DNA from: Euglena gracilis
Lineage: Eukaryota
Assembly: GCA_039621445.1 (NCBI GenBank)
Contig: CP154954.1
Span: forward strand, 19,206,642 to 19,270,641
Length of the DNA: 64,000 nt
Reading direction: 5' to 3'
Shown here one piece after another: positions 42,136 to 51,041 of this stretch (positions are counted from its first letter, which is position 1; the number at the start of each line of letters is the position of its first letter). Made by a program: the position numbers and the translations under genes. The notes beneath the pieces were generated by a model that had not been told where the DNA came from, ran no database searches, and saw only the letters and a list, made by a program, of their open reading frames with translations.

Positions 42136-43020
42136 TCGGAACGAGTTATTTGCCGAAGGACCAGGCTTCTATTTAACAACCACGGGGGAGGGGGTGCCTT
42201 CTGCTGTGTGGGACCTGCCCAAAAGAAGCTGTTTCTGAAATCATACAAAAACAATGCACAAACCTGTATGGAATGGCTAACCCGAACTTAGATCCTAACC
42301 CGAACCCATACATAAAAAAAAAGCATCAGCGCAAAAATAGGCGGCATCGGAGTAGGTCACAGAAGAGGAACCCAACCACTGCGTTCACTACTGGACCCCG
42401 GGGGGGGGGGGTGGCAACAGACGCCACGTTCCCCTCGGATCTCACCTGTCATGAACAAATCAAACCCTGTGTCCTGGAGATCTTTCAACCTTGATACGGA
42501 TGAAACGTGAAATGACACAGCAAATTGCACGTTTCCCGGTGCGAAAATCGCGTACCACAAACAATCCTATGTGAAAGAGTGGATCCCACCTCATGCAATA
42601 TGCATCTGAAGTCGGGCCCGATATCCCCCTCCGAGCCTGGCCAGTACGCGACGGTATCAGCATTGGCGCAGTCCACGCTCTTCAGGGTGTCTTTGAAATT
42701 CCACTTCCCCCGGAACGGCTTCCCGTCCTCCAATGAGTCCTGGAGGACCCGCTCCAAACGGTCGGCCATCGTCCAGGGGTGTGGTGTGAGGAGCACAGAA
42801 CCCTGCGTGAGGGGAACGAGATAAATGGGAGGGCTGCCCTGTGTTTCTGTGCCAACACATTTGCCCTGGCCCAGCCCACCAATGCAAGCAACGATGACAC
42901 CCATTCGGCGTAAAAGAAGCTTGCTCCCTTTGAGGGTGGAGGGGTAACAGCCTTATTTGGTCAGTGTGCCCAACATCTGAATAATAGCTCGGCACTCTCT
43001 GAAACAGGCACCCATCACCA
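1..43020 (-). CDS. Gene B (multi-exon, 3'-partial, start uncertain): giant multidomain protein SPRY-like / Mib-repeat-like / Zn finger / SPRY-like / 2x(Mib-repeat-like + MIB/HERC2) / SAM / ADP-ribosyltransferase
   Basis: About 30 short minus-strand coding segments in a coherent domain order. The C-terminal segments are collinear and homologous with gene A exons (e.g. [33 protein letters not shown] vs [33 protein letters not shown]). It cannot be excluded that the N-terminal half is a separate gene. Confidence 0.7.
265..2950 (-). CDS. Gene B exons, N-terminal part of the ART domain and preceding helical region
   Basis: Segments ~2855-2950 (GTNFVDLIHTVNYSQDDIFLKLW), ~2110-2200 (TALVPEYGELRGLGPPDTDGFAIRM), ~1588-1730 (..[27 protein letters not shown]), ~745-800 ([19 protein letters not shown]) and ~265-305. 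The first four match gene A segments clearly; the last match is weak. LY..W.Y..CN.A.R resembles the helical region preceding ARTC catalytic domains. Confidence 0.8.
880..1115. repeat. (TACA)n/(GACA)n microsatellite, intronic
   Basis: Directly visible tandem TACA and GACA units. Confidence 0.95.
3002..3140. mobile_element. MITE-like element with poly-C/poly-G terminal inverted repeats (TACCTC(n)TTGTCT ... AGACAAG(n)TA)
   Basis: Inverted termini with TA at both ends and no coding capacity. Confidence 0.6.
4865..7375 (-). CDS. Gene B SAM-like domain exons and following linker
   Basis: ~7345-7375 (PQADTFSQA), 6422-~6505 (YNSLEALSLATKEDLVRHGVLEPQAV), ~4865-4980 (LVRRLQDQ...RHRESPTF). The SAM pattern 'L..Lt.EDL...Gv' is present, and the segments are homologous to gene A 58555-60420. 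Confidence 0.7.
5385..5606. mobile_element. MITE family 1 copy (C(n)GGGAAACTGTCA ... TTTCCCG(n)) inside an AT-rich tract
   Basis: Terminal inverted repeats and internal GGGACCCTGACAG subrepeats; homologous to copies at 28802, 50347 and 53282. Confidence 0.85.
8560..11970 (-). CDS. Gene B second Mib-repeat-like + MIB/HERC2 module and Pro-rich linker
   Basis: ~11895-11970 (ITGYRVRMRNAEQIKDAV), ~11420-11590 (LASSMGTLKSYD...LVEFSGSEAYWLPRSCFDV), ~10975-11050 ([17 protein letters not shown]), ~10300-10445 ([24 protein letters not shown], the MIB/HERC2 signature), ~8560-8720 (YRQDDL + PAQP-rich linker). Confidence 0.8.
12457..12838. repeat. (GATA)n/(GA)n/(TA)n microsatellite cluster
   Basis: Direct inspection. 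Confidence 0.9.
13045..13470. repeat. Dispersed GC-run repeat (GGGGTCCGGACCCC...CCACCTAAAC...TGTACGCCCTCCTTATATC); related copy near 16945-17060
   Basis: Internally duplicated and shared with 16945-17060. Confidence 0.6.
16440..18830 (-). CDS. Gene B first Mib-repeat-like + MIB/HERC2 module
   Basis: ~18715-18830 (IAGHRILMRRAETIQEVM), ~18310-18490 (LASKQGTVKRYN...FVEFDSCGSHWVPRSCFNV), ~17905-17975 ([17 protein letters not shown]), 16641-~16730 joined to ~16440-16512 ([39 protein letters not shown]). Confidence 0.8.
16513..16640 (-). other. 128-nt nonconventional (non GT-AG) intron with a 13-bp terminal stem
   Basis: Minus strand GACCACACCGTTGCT ... AGCAACGGTGTGGCCGT. Removal restores the MIB/HERC2 sequence seen uninterrupted in the other two copies. 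Confidence 0.85.
21075..23960 (-). CDS. Gene B second SPRY-like beta domain exons
   Basis: HSTLAIKGTFSATGRNSLK, LEGLDPCGPLALGVYP, YVGGEGLPDSIGLV, GDTLEVAVEDGMVTFAVNGQPHG, LRFGVSL. These follow the SPRY-like motif order and parallel the 33-36 kb segments. Confidence 0.6.
25190..26130 (-). CDS. Gene B Cys/His zinc finger (ZZ/C1-like), two exons
   Basis: CPQGHAIQHSTSNSSFTCNVCKAELQASPMYGCR (~25985-26100) + CHYAACEACHRM (~25195-25235). Confidence 0.7.
25353..25764. mobile_element. MITE family 2 (TAC(n)TATGTCCAACGACC ... GGTCGTTGGACATAG(n)TA)
   Basis: Long terminal inverted repeats with TA flanks; related pieces near 11300-11359, 14520-14592, 18492-18550 and 34778-34929. Confidence 0.8.
26750..30900 (-). 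CDS. Gene B Mib-repeat (SH3_15-like) exons
   Basis: ~30640-30760 (GQRVALKDPAEMYAALSGTAGW), ~27640-27710 (WHDGQEPVASKCGEIRGFDNSDG), ~26750-26820 (YRVAVQSKLIWLPSTSFEL); these resemble the Mind-bomb repeat pattern. Confidence 0.55.
27880..30460. repeat. Long AT-rich/CT-rich low-complexity tract of degenerate microsatellites, intronic
   Basis: ATTATA, GA, CT and TA-type repeats with high degeneracy; may partly be noisy consensus. Confidence 0.9.
28802..29107. mobile_element. MITE family 1 copy
   Basis: TAC(n)AGGAAACTGTCA ... TGACAGTTTCCCG(n)TA with internal subrepeats. Confidence 0.85.
33140..35900 (-). CDS. Gene B first SPRY-like beta domain exons
   Basis: ~35760-35900 (STTITKQTFMANGRHSIRLQVLAVNLDRPFAVGVV), ~35030-35150 (LPLDYYLGEVGLAGSVGLVF), ~33140-33280 (RAGSIIAMVVAEGLLTVTVDGVEL). 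Confidence 0.6.
34778..34929. mobile_element. MITE related to family 2 (TACCCGC(n)TTGTCCA ... TGGACAAG(n)CGGGTA)
   Basis: Clear inverted termini. Confidence 0.75.
36845..36920 (+). ncRNA. Type III hammerhead ribozyme, variant core (UCGACAA), copy 1
   Basis: Stem III CCAGGCGGU/ACCGCCUGG; GUC site (cut after 36854); stem I UGCCCCC/GGGGGCA; core UCGACAA; stem II GGA/UCC; GAAA; 10-bp loop-loop pairing CCAGCCGGGC/GCCCGGCUGG. Confidence 0.8.
37737..37812 (+). ncRNA. Type III hammerhead ribozyme, variant core, copy 2
   Basis: Same sequence as copy 1; predicted cut after 37746. Confidence 0.8.
38019..38091 (+). ncRNA. Type III hammerhead ribozyme, canonical core
   Basis: GCGGUC (cut after 38024); stem I GGGGACGA/UCGUC-A-CCC; CUGACGA at 38054-38060 plus an extra U; stem II GCCCCA/UGGGGC; GAAACCGC; loop-loop pairing GGUUGGCAGG/CCUGCCAGCC. 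Confidence 0.9.
38320..39439 (+). CDS. Element ORF with Gly/Lys-rich region and GIY-YIG endonuclease (C-terminally truncated)
   Basis: GMIYGAYHFPTGKWYVGQTVNTIRQRAREH at ~39077-39165. The expected downstream catalytic Glu helix and G.N motif are absent after ~39320. Confidence 0.75.
39436..42080 (+). CDS. Element downstream ORF region (one frame change near 39960) with two 2A-like motifs, two coiled coils, a triplicated repeat and a VPV-rich segment
   Basis: ORFs 39436..40032 and 39563..42238 of the supplied track; motifs HDWKKGARIGEAKNPGP and HDWHEGARIGEADHPGP. Confidence 0.55.
42221..43020 (-). CDS. Probable 5'-most exons of gene B (unknown domain)
   Basis: Coding-like VPLTQGSVLLTPHPWTMADRLERVLQDSLEDGKPFRGKWNFKDTLKSVDCANADTVAYW. 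The exon ending at 42221 joins in frame to the exon at 35900 across a consensus stem intron. Confidence 0.5.
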
Positions 43021-43779
43021 TTGAACAAAAGTAGGAGACAGAACTCGAAACAGAACAGAAAATGAGACAGAATGTGTTGCTATGAATAAGACGAATTCTA
43101 ATTGGTAAAAATCAGGGCAGAGATTTCTGCTGGTACCAAACGAGCATCCGCTTTTACATTTCTAACAATTTGGACGAAATAATGAGAGCAAAAAAAATGA
43201 AAACATCCTGAACGTCCTCATTTTGAAATAATTATTTTTACCCGTCTTATCATTTTTTTTGGGGGCTGCAATGAAGAAACAAAAAAAGGGTCACCAAAGA
43301 CCATCCTGACCATTTTCTTGAAAATTTTGAGTTTTCCTTTTGCCGAAATGCTCATTACAAATGCTAAATTACCATAATTTCCCCCAAATTTTTTTCATGA
43401 TTTTCCCCCGTATTTGTGGTATCCACCAATTTTTGTTGTCCAGAGCTATCCACCATAAAAAGGCAGTACAAACTTGCCAGGTTTGAAGGGTGGCCGTGGA
43501 GCCAACCATAGGGGGGCCAAGGTGGCAGTGAAAACTTGCATAATTTTGCAGAAATTTGTGAACATCTTTTTCGAAAAGGTGGGAGCTCGGAGTCAACCTC
43601 ACTTAATTACCGTTTTTGGCTGATTAAAACAAATTTTGGATGAATTGTCAGCATTGTTTGGCCGTTTTGGTAAATTTGGCCAATTAGTTTTCATTTTTGA
43701 CCATTTGTGTCCCATTTTGGCCATTTTTTTGGCATTATGGAAAAACTTTGGAATCCAATTAACTTTTTGTGTTGTCCTT

Positions 43780-44145
43780 GTAATTCTCCGTGGTGTATTC
43801 CTTTGACAATCGCTCTGTGCCTCCTCGGTTTGTTTTGATTTGGACCAACCAGGCTCCTTTTTACCAACCCAAGGGGGAGGGGGCTGCTTGTGCTATCTCC
43901 CTGGTGCCTGCCGACCAAGCAGGTTTTCCTTTGAAAATTGCCATTTTTCGGGCCCCCCAGCGCCTTCGGCACAACACACCCGAAACCCACTCCAAACAAA
44001 ACTCCCCCCAAAACCCTGCCACCCCTGGGGGGGTCGAAAATGCCCAACCCCCCTGCTTACCCACAGCACCCCCCTGGCTGTTTTAGGTGAACCCCCCGGC
44101 GGGTTGGAACCCCCAGGGGGCAGAATGGGGTGCATCTTAAGAAAC

Positions 44146-44186
<41 letters not shown>

Positions 44187-44218
44187 CGCACACACACACA
44201 CATGGACACACCCACACC

Positions 44219-44251
<33 letters not shown>

Positions 44252-46620
44252 CTTTCAACAAGCCGCGTGTTGATGACTTTGGCCTTGGCATTTGATTTGA
44301 TAATTTTCTTCTTTTAAAATACATGGCCACCATCAACGCACAGATTTGTGAAAAGAAAAGGCAATAATGCCAACATTTCGTCGAAACATCCATCAAAAGC
44401 ACATATCAGAAGAGTACGCCGGGCAGCATTGCTGGTTATACCCTCTGAATGGACTGAACAAAACAGGATTGCGCCAGAAAAGGGACGGAACGGGCAGAAG
44501 GGGCAAAACAAACTTGGAAATTACTCTGATAAAATGCACAGACCAGACAAAAAAAATCTCCAAAAACACACAGGAAACAATCACATGGAAAATTTTTGGT
44601 ACTGGGAGTGGTCGACCCCCCCAGGGGTTTAAATGACTGAATTGTTTGTTTTTTTTAGAGTGAAAATGACTCCTCGGGGGTCTTTCAAAGAAGCCTGGTA
44701 GCGTATCTCCTCGCCTCACATTCTTCAGCTCAGGTTGAGCGCACGCTGCAAGAGCGAAACGCGAACAACTGGCGAACATAATCCCGGCCAATGATTACGC
44801 AAGCCTCCGAACAAGAATTTACCTCTTGGCCCATAATCTGTCAAAAATAACCTTAGCAGAGGATTCTGTATCACCACGGTCAATCTTTGATCAAATCAAA
44901 AAATATTTCACAAATTTGCCCCCCAAAAGCCCACAAAAAATAAAAATCACCCCACCACTAATTATTGTTTGAACGTCCGAAGTTGGAAACCAGACCCTTT
45001 TTTTTTGAGTCCAAATAATTAACCACGCAGGACCTTGCGGGGTTAATGATTTGGACTCAAAAAATTGCCAAACAGGGCCTTCACCGGATCACCGGGTCGG
45101 TTGATTAACAGCGGACACCATTTCTTGTATATTCACGGCTGTGATTTCATCAACCTCCATCATTTTCCAAAATATCGAGTCACTCTTCTGCCTTTTGTTT
45201 TGTACTTACCTCACTGTCACTTCACCTCACGCGGGTGTGGCAGGGGCAGGACTGTACAGGAAGTCCTGGTGGAGGTGGGTCGACCCCCCCACCCACCATG
45301 GTACCCAGAAGAAAATTCCTTCGGCACCGAAAGATAAAATTTGACCTGAAAATTGCCGCCCCTTAAATACGGGAAAGCCTGGTGGGTGGTGGGCGGTGGG
45401 GGGGTAGGACCACCGTCCCCGCCCCACCAGGATCGGGGTGGGGGGGTCGACCCTCCTGCACACTTCACTCATGGATTTTGGGGATTCCTGCACAGCCCTG
45501 GGCAGGGGGTGGCATCAACAACCACCCACCAACGCCACGTGCGAACGCTTGATGGGGAGGTTCGACCCCGCATGGCAGGATGGCAAAGATAAACAAACGC
45601 CCTTGACGCAGAAGGCACCGAAGGACATTTTGGCCAAAAAAACTGGCGCTCTGAAATACAGGAAGGAGTGTGTGGATGGGTGGTCGCACTCCCCTGAAGA
45701 ACCAGATGGTGGGGGAATAGAATTTCCAGAATTCTTGTTCAGCCTGAAAACCCCAACAAGGGATAATTGTCACCTGGAAAGTCAGACATTCAGGGACCCC
45801 GACAACGTTTTTTCTCACAAATTTGCCAGCACCAGAGATCCTGACAGTTTCCTTTTGGTAATGGAAATAACCCATAGGGGTGGGTAGCCCAAGCCGGTCC
45901 TCAAGGCCTTTTTGGGGGGGCAGGCAACCCCCCCCCCCAATTCTAGGGACCTTTTTTTGGGGTGACCTGACTTTCGGATTTTTGCTACACCCCCCAGTTG
46001 AAGAAAGCGGATCAGGGGGATCCAAACCATACCATTGCTTTGCGACCCCCCAATTCCTCTCCAATTGTCTAATTGTGTCTCTGCAAACCCTCTAAACTCA
46101 TTAAGAAATATCGGTCAAGCCTCAGCGTTGAAGACGGACAAGTCAGCCAATAGAATAAGCCTCCTGAGTGAGCAAGTTGCATTTTTTTTCAGCGGATAAC
46201 TGCCTACTTAGTCTGTTGGTTCCCACCCAAACATACACTGACTGCTCAATTTGTTTTTGAAATCTTGGGATTGTTCGGCAATTTGCCGCCCAAAGCAAGC
46301 ATCGAACGTTGGTGGAAACATTTTGTGAAAAATAAATTTGATTTCCCAAATTTTGGAATGTTTTTTGGAGATGAACAGTTTTCGTTGCAAGACAGGATAA
46401 CACCAGAGCACCTGCCCACATCGTCGGGGAGTTCCTCACCTACCATGGGCTATGGGAGTCCCTGCTGTGCAAAGACCAGCAGCACCAACGTCTGGCCAAC
46501 GTCTGGCTTCAGCAAAGGGGAGGCTTCAATCTAATCCAAACACAAGTGCAAACAAACGGAATGGACCATAAAAGGGGCAAATCGAGCCTGGCGACAAAAA
46601 AAAAGGACACCCATCCTAAC
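43780..46620 (+). CDS. Possible small multi-exon plus-strand gene of unknown function
   Basis: Coding-like segments (RLINSGHHFLYIHG; RTVQEVLVE; NATCERLMGRFDPA; KNWRSEIQE; HIVGEFLTYHGLWESLLCKDQQHQRLANVWLQQRGGFNL) separated by stem-bounded spacers; no recognised domain. Confidence 0.3.
44998..45065. repeat. Near-perfect ~65-bp palindrome/hairpin
   Basis: TTTTTGAGTCCAAATAATTAACC...GGTTAATGATTTGGACTCAAAAA. Confidence 0.85.
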
Positions 46621-46709
46621 GTTCACCCGCTGGGTGGGGCATAGGATGGAAAATCGCCAGAAATGCACCCTCCAACTCACATACCCCGCGTCATTGAGAA
46701 TAGCAGCGA

Positions 46710-47600
46710 GGCCGCTGTGTGCCCTGTCCAGTGTGCAACGGTATCGGCCTTGTCGCAGTCCACGCTCCGCAGGCGGTCTTTAAAGGTCCGCTTCCACCAG
46801 AAGGGCTACCCCTCCTCCAACGCGTTCCAGGGCGGCGTCGGCCATAGCACAGAATCCTGCGTGAGGGGAATGGGAAGTGAATGGGAGGGGGATGGGGGAT
46901 CGATCTGACCAGATATCGGAGGCCTTATCACAAAAAATGCCAATCACAGAAATTGCGGAAAATTATGGAAATACAGCTATCAACCCCGCCGGGGGGAGGG
47001 GGCTGCCATGTGCCTCAGAGGGAATCCTGGTCCACTTCGCCTCATTTACGCCCAGCCCACCAGCACAGGCACCAATGGTCTAGCTTCGGTACACAGGAGG
47101 ACGGCTCCCTTTTTTGGTGATACCGATGTGATGTGATGCACGCTAAATCGTGCCCCCCCCCCCGTCTGGTAAAAAAGGGGATACCCCCACGTAAACAGTG
47201 GCATGGTCGAAAACGTTTTCTAAAATTGACCCGAAAGAGACTTTGGGCGTTTCGGGCACATGGTTTTCAGATTCACTTAAAAAAAATAGGCGTTTTGGGC
47301 ACATGGTTTTCAGATTCACTAAAAAAAATTGCAGAACAAAAGGGAGAAAAAATGAAGGGAAAACACCCAATCCCGAGATTTTTTCTCCGCACCTTTTACC
47401 AACGCCACCTGGGCGGCCCAAAAATCTACAGGTGCAGCCAAAATAACCCCTCCCCGAGACCGAGCAACGTGGCAGTAAAGTGAACAGCAATTGTGTGCAT
47501 TGGATGGGTGCAATGGTGGCAGCATTCGGACAGAACGATCACACCATGACTGGCCTGGTCGCTGAGCCCAGATGTCTTCCTGGCACTCACTGCTGGGTGG
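46710..47600 (-). pseudogene. Degenerate duplicate of the 42640-43000 exons
   Basis: IPLTQDSVLWPTPPWNALEEG*PFWWKRTFKDRLRSVDCDKADTVAHW aligns with the 42.7-kb segment but has an in-frame stop and a deletion; the upstream ACAGGLG segment is also duplicated. Confidence 0.6.
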
Positions 47601-47821
47601 CTCCCCCTGGCTGGGTGGATCCCTGGCCTGACTCCCTCAGTAGCGTCCGTCACCTTGGGGTAATCTTTGCGCGTTAGGGGTGAGGTTAGGTGCGGGGTTT
47701 TTTTCTTCTTCCACAATGCAGCCCAGTGTTTATGCCGAAGTGTGGGACGTTTCGGGCCAACATTCTTCCTATGTCCTAACCCTACGTCTATTGCTAACTG
47801 AACCAAAATCTTAATCCACAC

Positions 47822-47854
<33 letters not shown>

Positions 47855-49124
47855 CCGGACCAGGATTTTTTCTGAAAAAAAAAATTGGGGGGTTCAGGGA
47901 TAATTTTTTTCAGATGCACCTCAAAAGAGACCCTCAAACCCCGTTTTCCTTTCATTTCTCACCCCCCCCCAAGACAGCTTCGCGCCAGCAAATCACTACG
48001 CCACCCAAAATCAGACGCCCTGGTGGGGAAGCATCCCTCCCAGGGGGGGGGTCTTCTGGATTCAAAAACCTGATACGCGAGAACAATAATAAATCCATCA
48101 AACTTTTTGTTTGGAAATAAAATTTCGCAATATGAAGCACCTCTGTGCTGCATGCAACATTTGGGTTGTCACTTCCCCTGACAGCCTGACTATTATCCGC
48201 AAAATTAATTTAGAGAGTAAAGTAAAACAGCCAACGTTTTGCATCTTTCCATGGTGGCATTGACGCATGTTTGCATATAAATGTGGAATGCATCTGAAAA
48301 AATTTGGTGTGAGCTAGCAAAGCACGGCAGAACATTATCAGTGAATAATCAGGAATCACAGTTCGGATCAACAACGTCAACTGAATGGGGTCAAACAAAC
48401 GGGTAGGAGCAAAGCTCAGGCAATATTCACCCAAATAAACAAAATGATAAATAAATAAAGTACACAAGGTTGGAGAGATAGAACAAAAGCAAGGGGGCAA
48501 TGAGTTATGCGACTGTTTTGGGGAGGGAGAAATATCACTTAAAATAACAGATTTGTCCAGGTGAACTTACCGAAGTTCAAAAAATAATAACGATGACGTT
48601 TATTGTGCTTGTAGAATATAAAATTCTGTGAAACTTAACACACTGAGAGCGATGTTTTAAGGTCCCTATGAGACCACAAGGACACTGAATCAACGAACAG
48701 ACTGAATTATTCGCATTTTGGCATCATTTTGCATCGCATTTCGGCTTTTTTTTTTGCGATTGCTTAACACAAAATTCCAGGAAATTGCATATTGAAAACA
48801 GAAATTGGGGGTAAATGTTGAAGGAATCAAATAAAGTTGAAAGGTACGTTTGTTAATTGGCAGCACACCAGATGCAGGTGGAAATACAGGGAAAATGAAA
48901 AAAAAATGCATGCACCTCGGTTTCAAAAAGGCACATAATATCGAGCCGTCTCTGTCTGTGGCACACAAAGAACATTGACGATGATGAACAAAAAAAAACA
49001 AAAGAAAACACCTTAAAAATGACCCCCGTTTTAATGATTTTTCTGCAGGGAGTGGAACCAACTTACAATACCACACCTTGGTGATGAAGAGGTGTATCAA
49101 AAACAAATGTTAATCAAATCTGTC

Positions 49125-49233
49125 TATATGCAGGGGGGGGGGAAATGCGCTCGCTCGGCCTCGGAAAAAATGCGCAAAAAATGCGAAAAAAATGCGAAAA
49201 AATGCGAAACGCATTTCCCCCCCCCCCTGCCAT
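49125..49233. mobile_element. Small MITE-like element (CAG(n)AAATGCG ... CGCATTTC(n)TG)
   Basis: Inverted termini and internal AAAAATGCG subrepeats. Confidence 0.6.
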
Positions 49234-50127
49234 ATGTCTTGGGTGTATGGAAAGCATGTATGCATGCATGAACGGATGTATGGATGGATGGATGGATGCT
49301 ACAAATATGCATACATATGCAAAAAAAATGGAGAAAGGGACACAGAAGAGCGCTGGAGTGGAAAAGAATTGCCCTCTGCACATGGTGGCCTCAAAGGAGA
49401 GTAGAACACCAGAGATTCAGGATGGGGTAAATGGAAATACACAGAAGGAACCTGTGCTCGAAGTGGCGCCGGTGTGGTCATCTGGCTTTGCTGGGATTCA
49501 ATAACAACAACAACAACAACCCAACTGGATTTCTTTTCTTTGCTATTTTTTTGCCTGTTTTCGGGTGCCAGCCAGGTTTAGCCCAGCAGTCGGTGGGACC
49601 CCCCTGGACCCCACACCTTAGAGGGGGGTGGGGGTCCAGCCAACACCTTTTTTCGAGGCAACATATTCCCCCCCAGCACTGCTGTCCAACCAGCCAAATA
49701 ACTTGCCACGATGTTCGGGCCACCAATCATATTATTTTTTACTGATCTCCGGGGCTCACTTCCACCCTTCCAAAACCCAGTCAGCCCCTACCCCGGGCCG
49801 GGGAGGTCGGACATTCTGGGACCCCAGACTGCAAGAAAGGAAAATTGGCCACAAACATGAAAAATGGACAAAAATTTTCTTTCAGATTTAGCGCCGGGTC
49901 AAGTTGGTGTATTTTCCTTTGCAACGCCTCACCCGCCGGGGAGGAGGAGGTTGGGCCAAAACCCAATCAGTCACTCTGAAAAAAAACAGCCACCCACTCC
50001 GGGGCCAAGAGGGACCAACCAGTGATTGCAGGCCCCCAATGACGGCAAACCTCAGGAAGCCATGTACCCAGCTGTGACGAAAGCGAAGACGGGGGACAGC
50101 ACACACACAACACGCCGAGGGTCGCCG

Positions 50128-51009
50128 TCAGACACAGGTCGCTTCGAACTGCATCCGGATGTGGACCTTCACCTCGGTGGTGGGGGACGGCAGGGTTTCC
50201 TTGTGGCTGACGACGAAGCCGAGGTTGCACAGGGGCAGGCAAACCGAGTCACCACATCGGCGGTTTGGGGGACATGGGGAAGCCAACAAACTGTGATCTT
50301 TGATACACTTCAGAGCTGCCAACCCTCATCAAACGCTGCAACCCAACCCCCCCCCCCCCCGGGAAACTTGTCACCTGACAGGTCGGCCGGTACCGGGGAC
50401 CTTGACAACTTCCTATCGTACCAAAGACCCTGTCAGTCTGACGGGCGGGGACCGTGACAGTTTGCAGGGTGGGGAATTTCAAGGGAACGTCAATGAAAAC
50501 CGACCCTGACAGGTTGGCCGGTACCAGGGACCCTGACAACTTCCTGTACTGACAGGTCAGCTGGTAACGGGGACCCTGACAGGTGCTCGAGCATGACAGT
50601 TTCCCGGGGGGGGGGGGTATTTCATGTGGAATAATAAGTCACTTCCAAGTTGGTGGGTTGGTGGGTGGAATGGTGTTGGAGCTTGGGGCAGGGGGTGCTC
50701 TTGGGAGTTGGTCGGAATTTTTTTGAAATATTTGCGGACTGGCTCAGCACCACACAGGACATGGCTGGGACAGGGGGAAAAATCACATTTCAAGACAAAA
50801 AAGCAGGGCCCTACCAAGCAACATAGGGGAAAATAACACAAAAATCGGTGGCCCATTTCAGAGTTCAACGGGACTGTTCACAGCAAGATATATATATATA
50901 TACATATATACACACACATATATATATATATATATATATTGATTACACCTGCCATATATATATTTATACACCTGCCATATATATATTATATATATATATA
51001 TACATATAT

Positions 51010-51041
<32 letters not shown>

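Noticed and set aside
43020-43075. Pyrimidine-rich tract on the minus strand as a trans-splice acceptor for gene B
   Set aside because: Plausible, but the start codon and acceptor AG cannot be fixed from sequence alone
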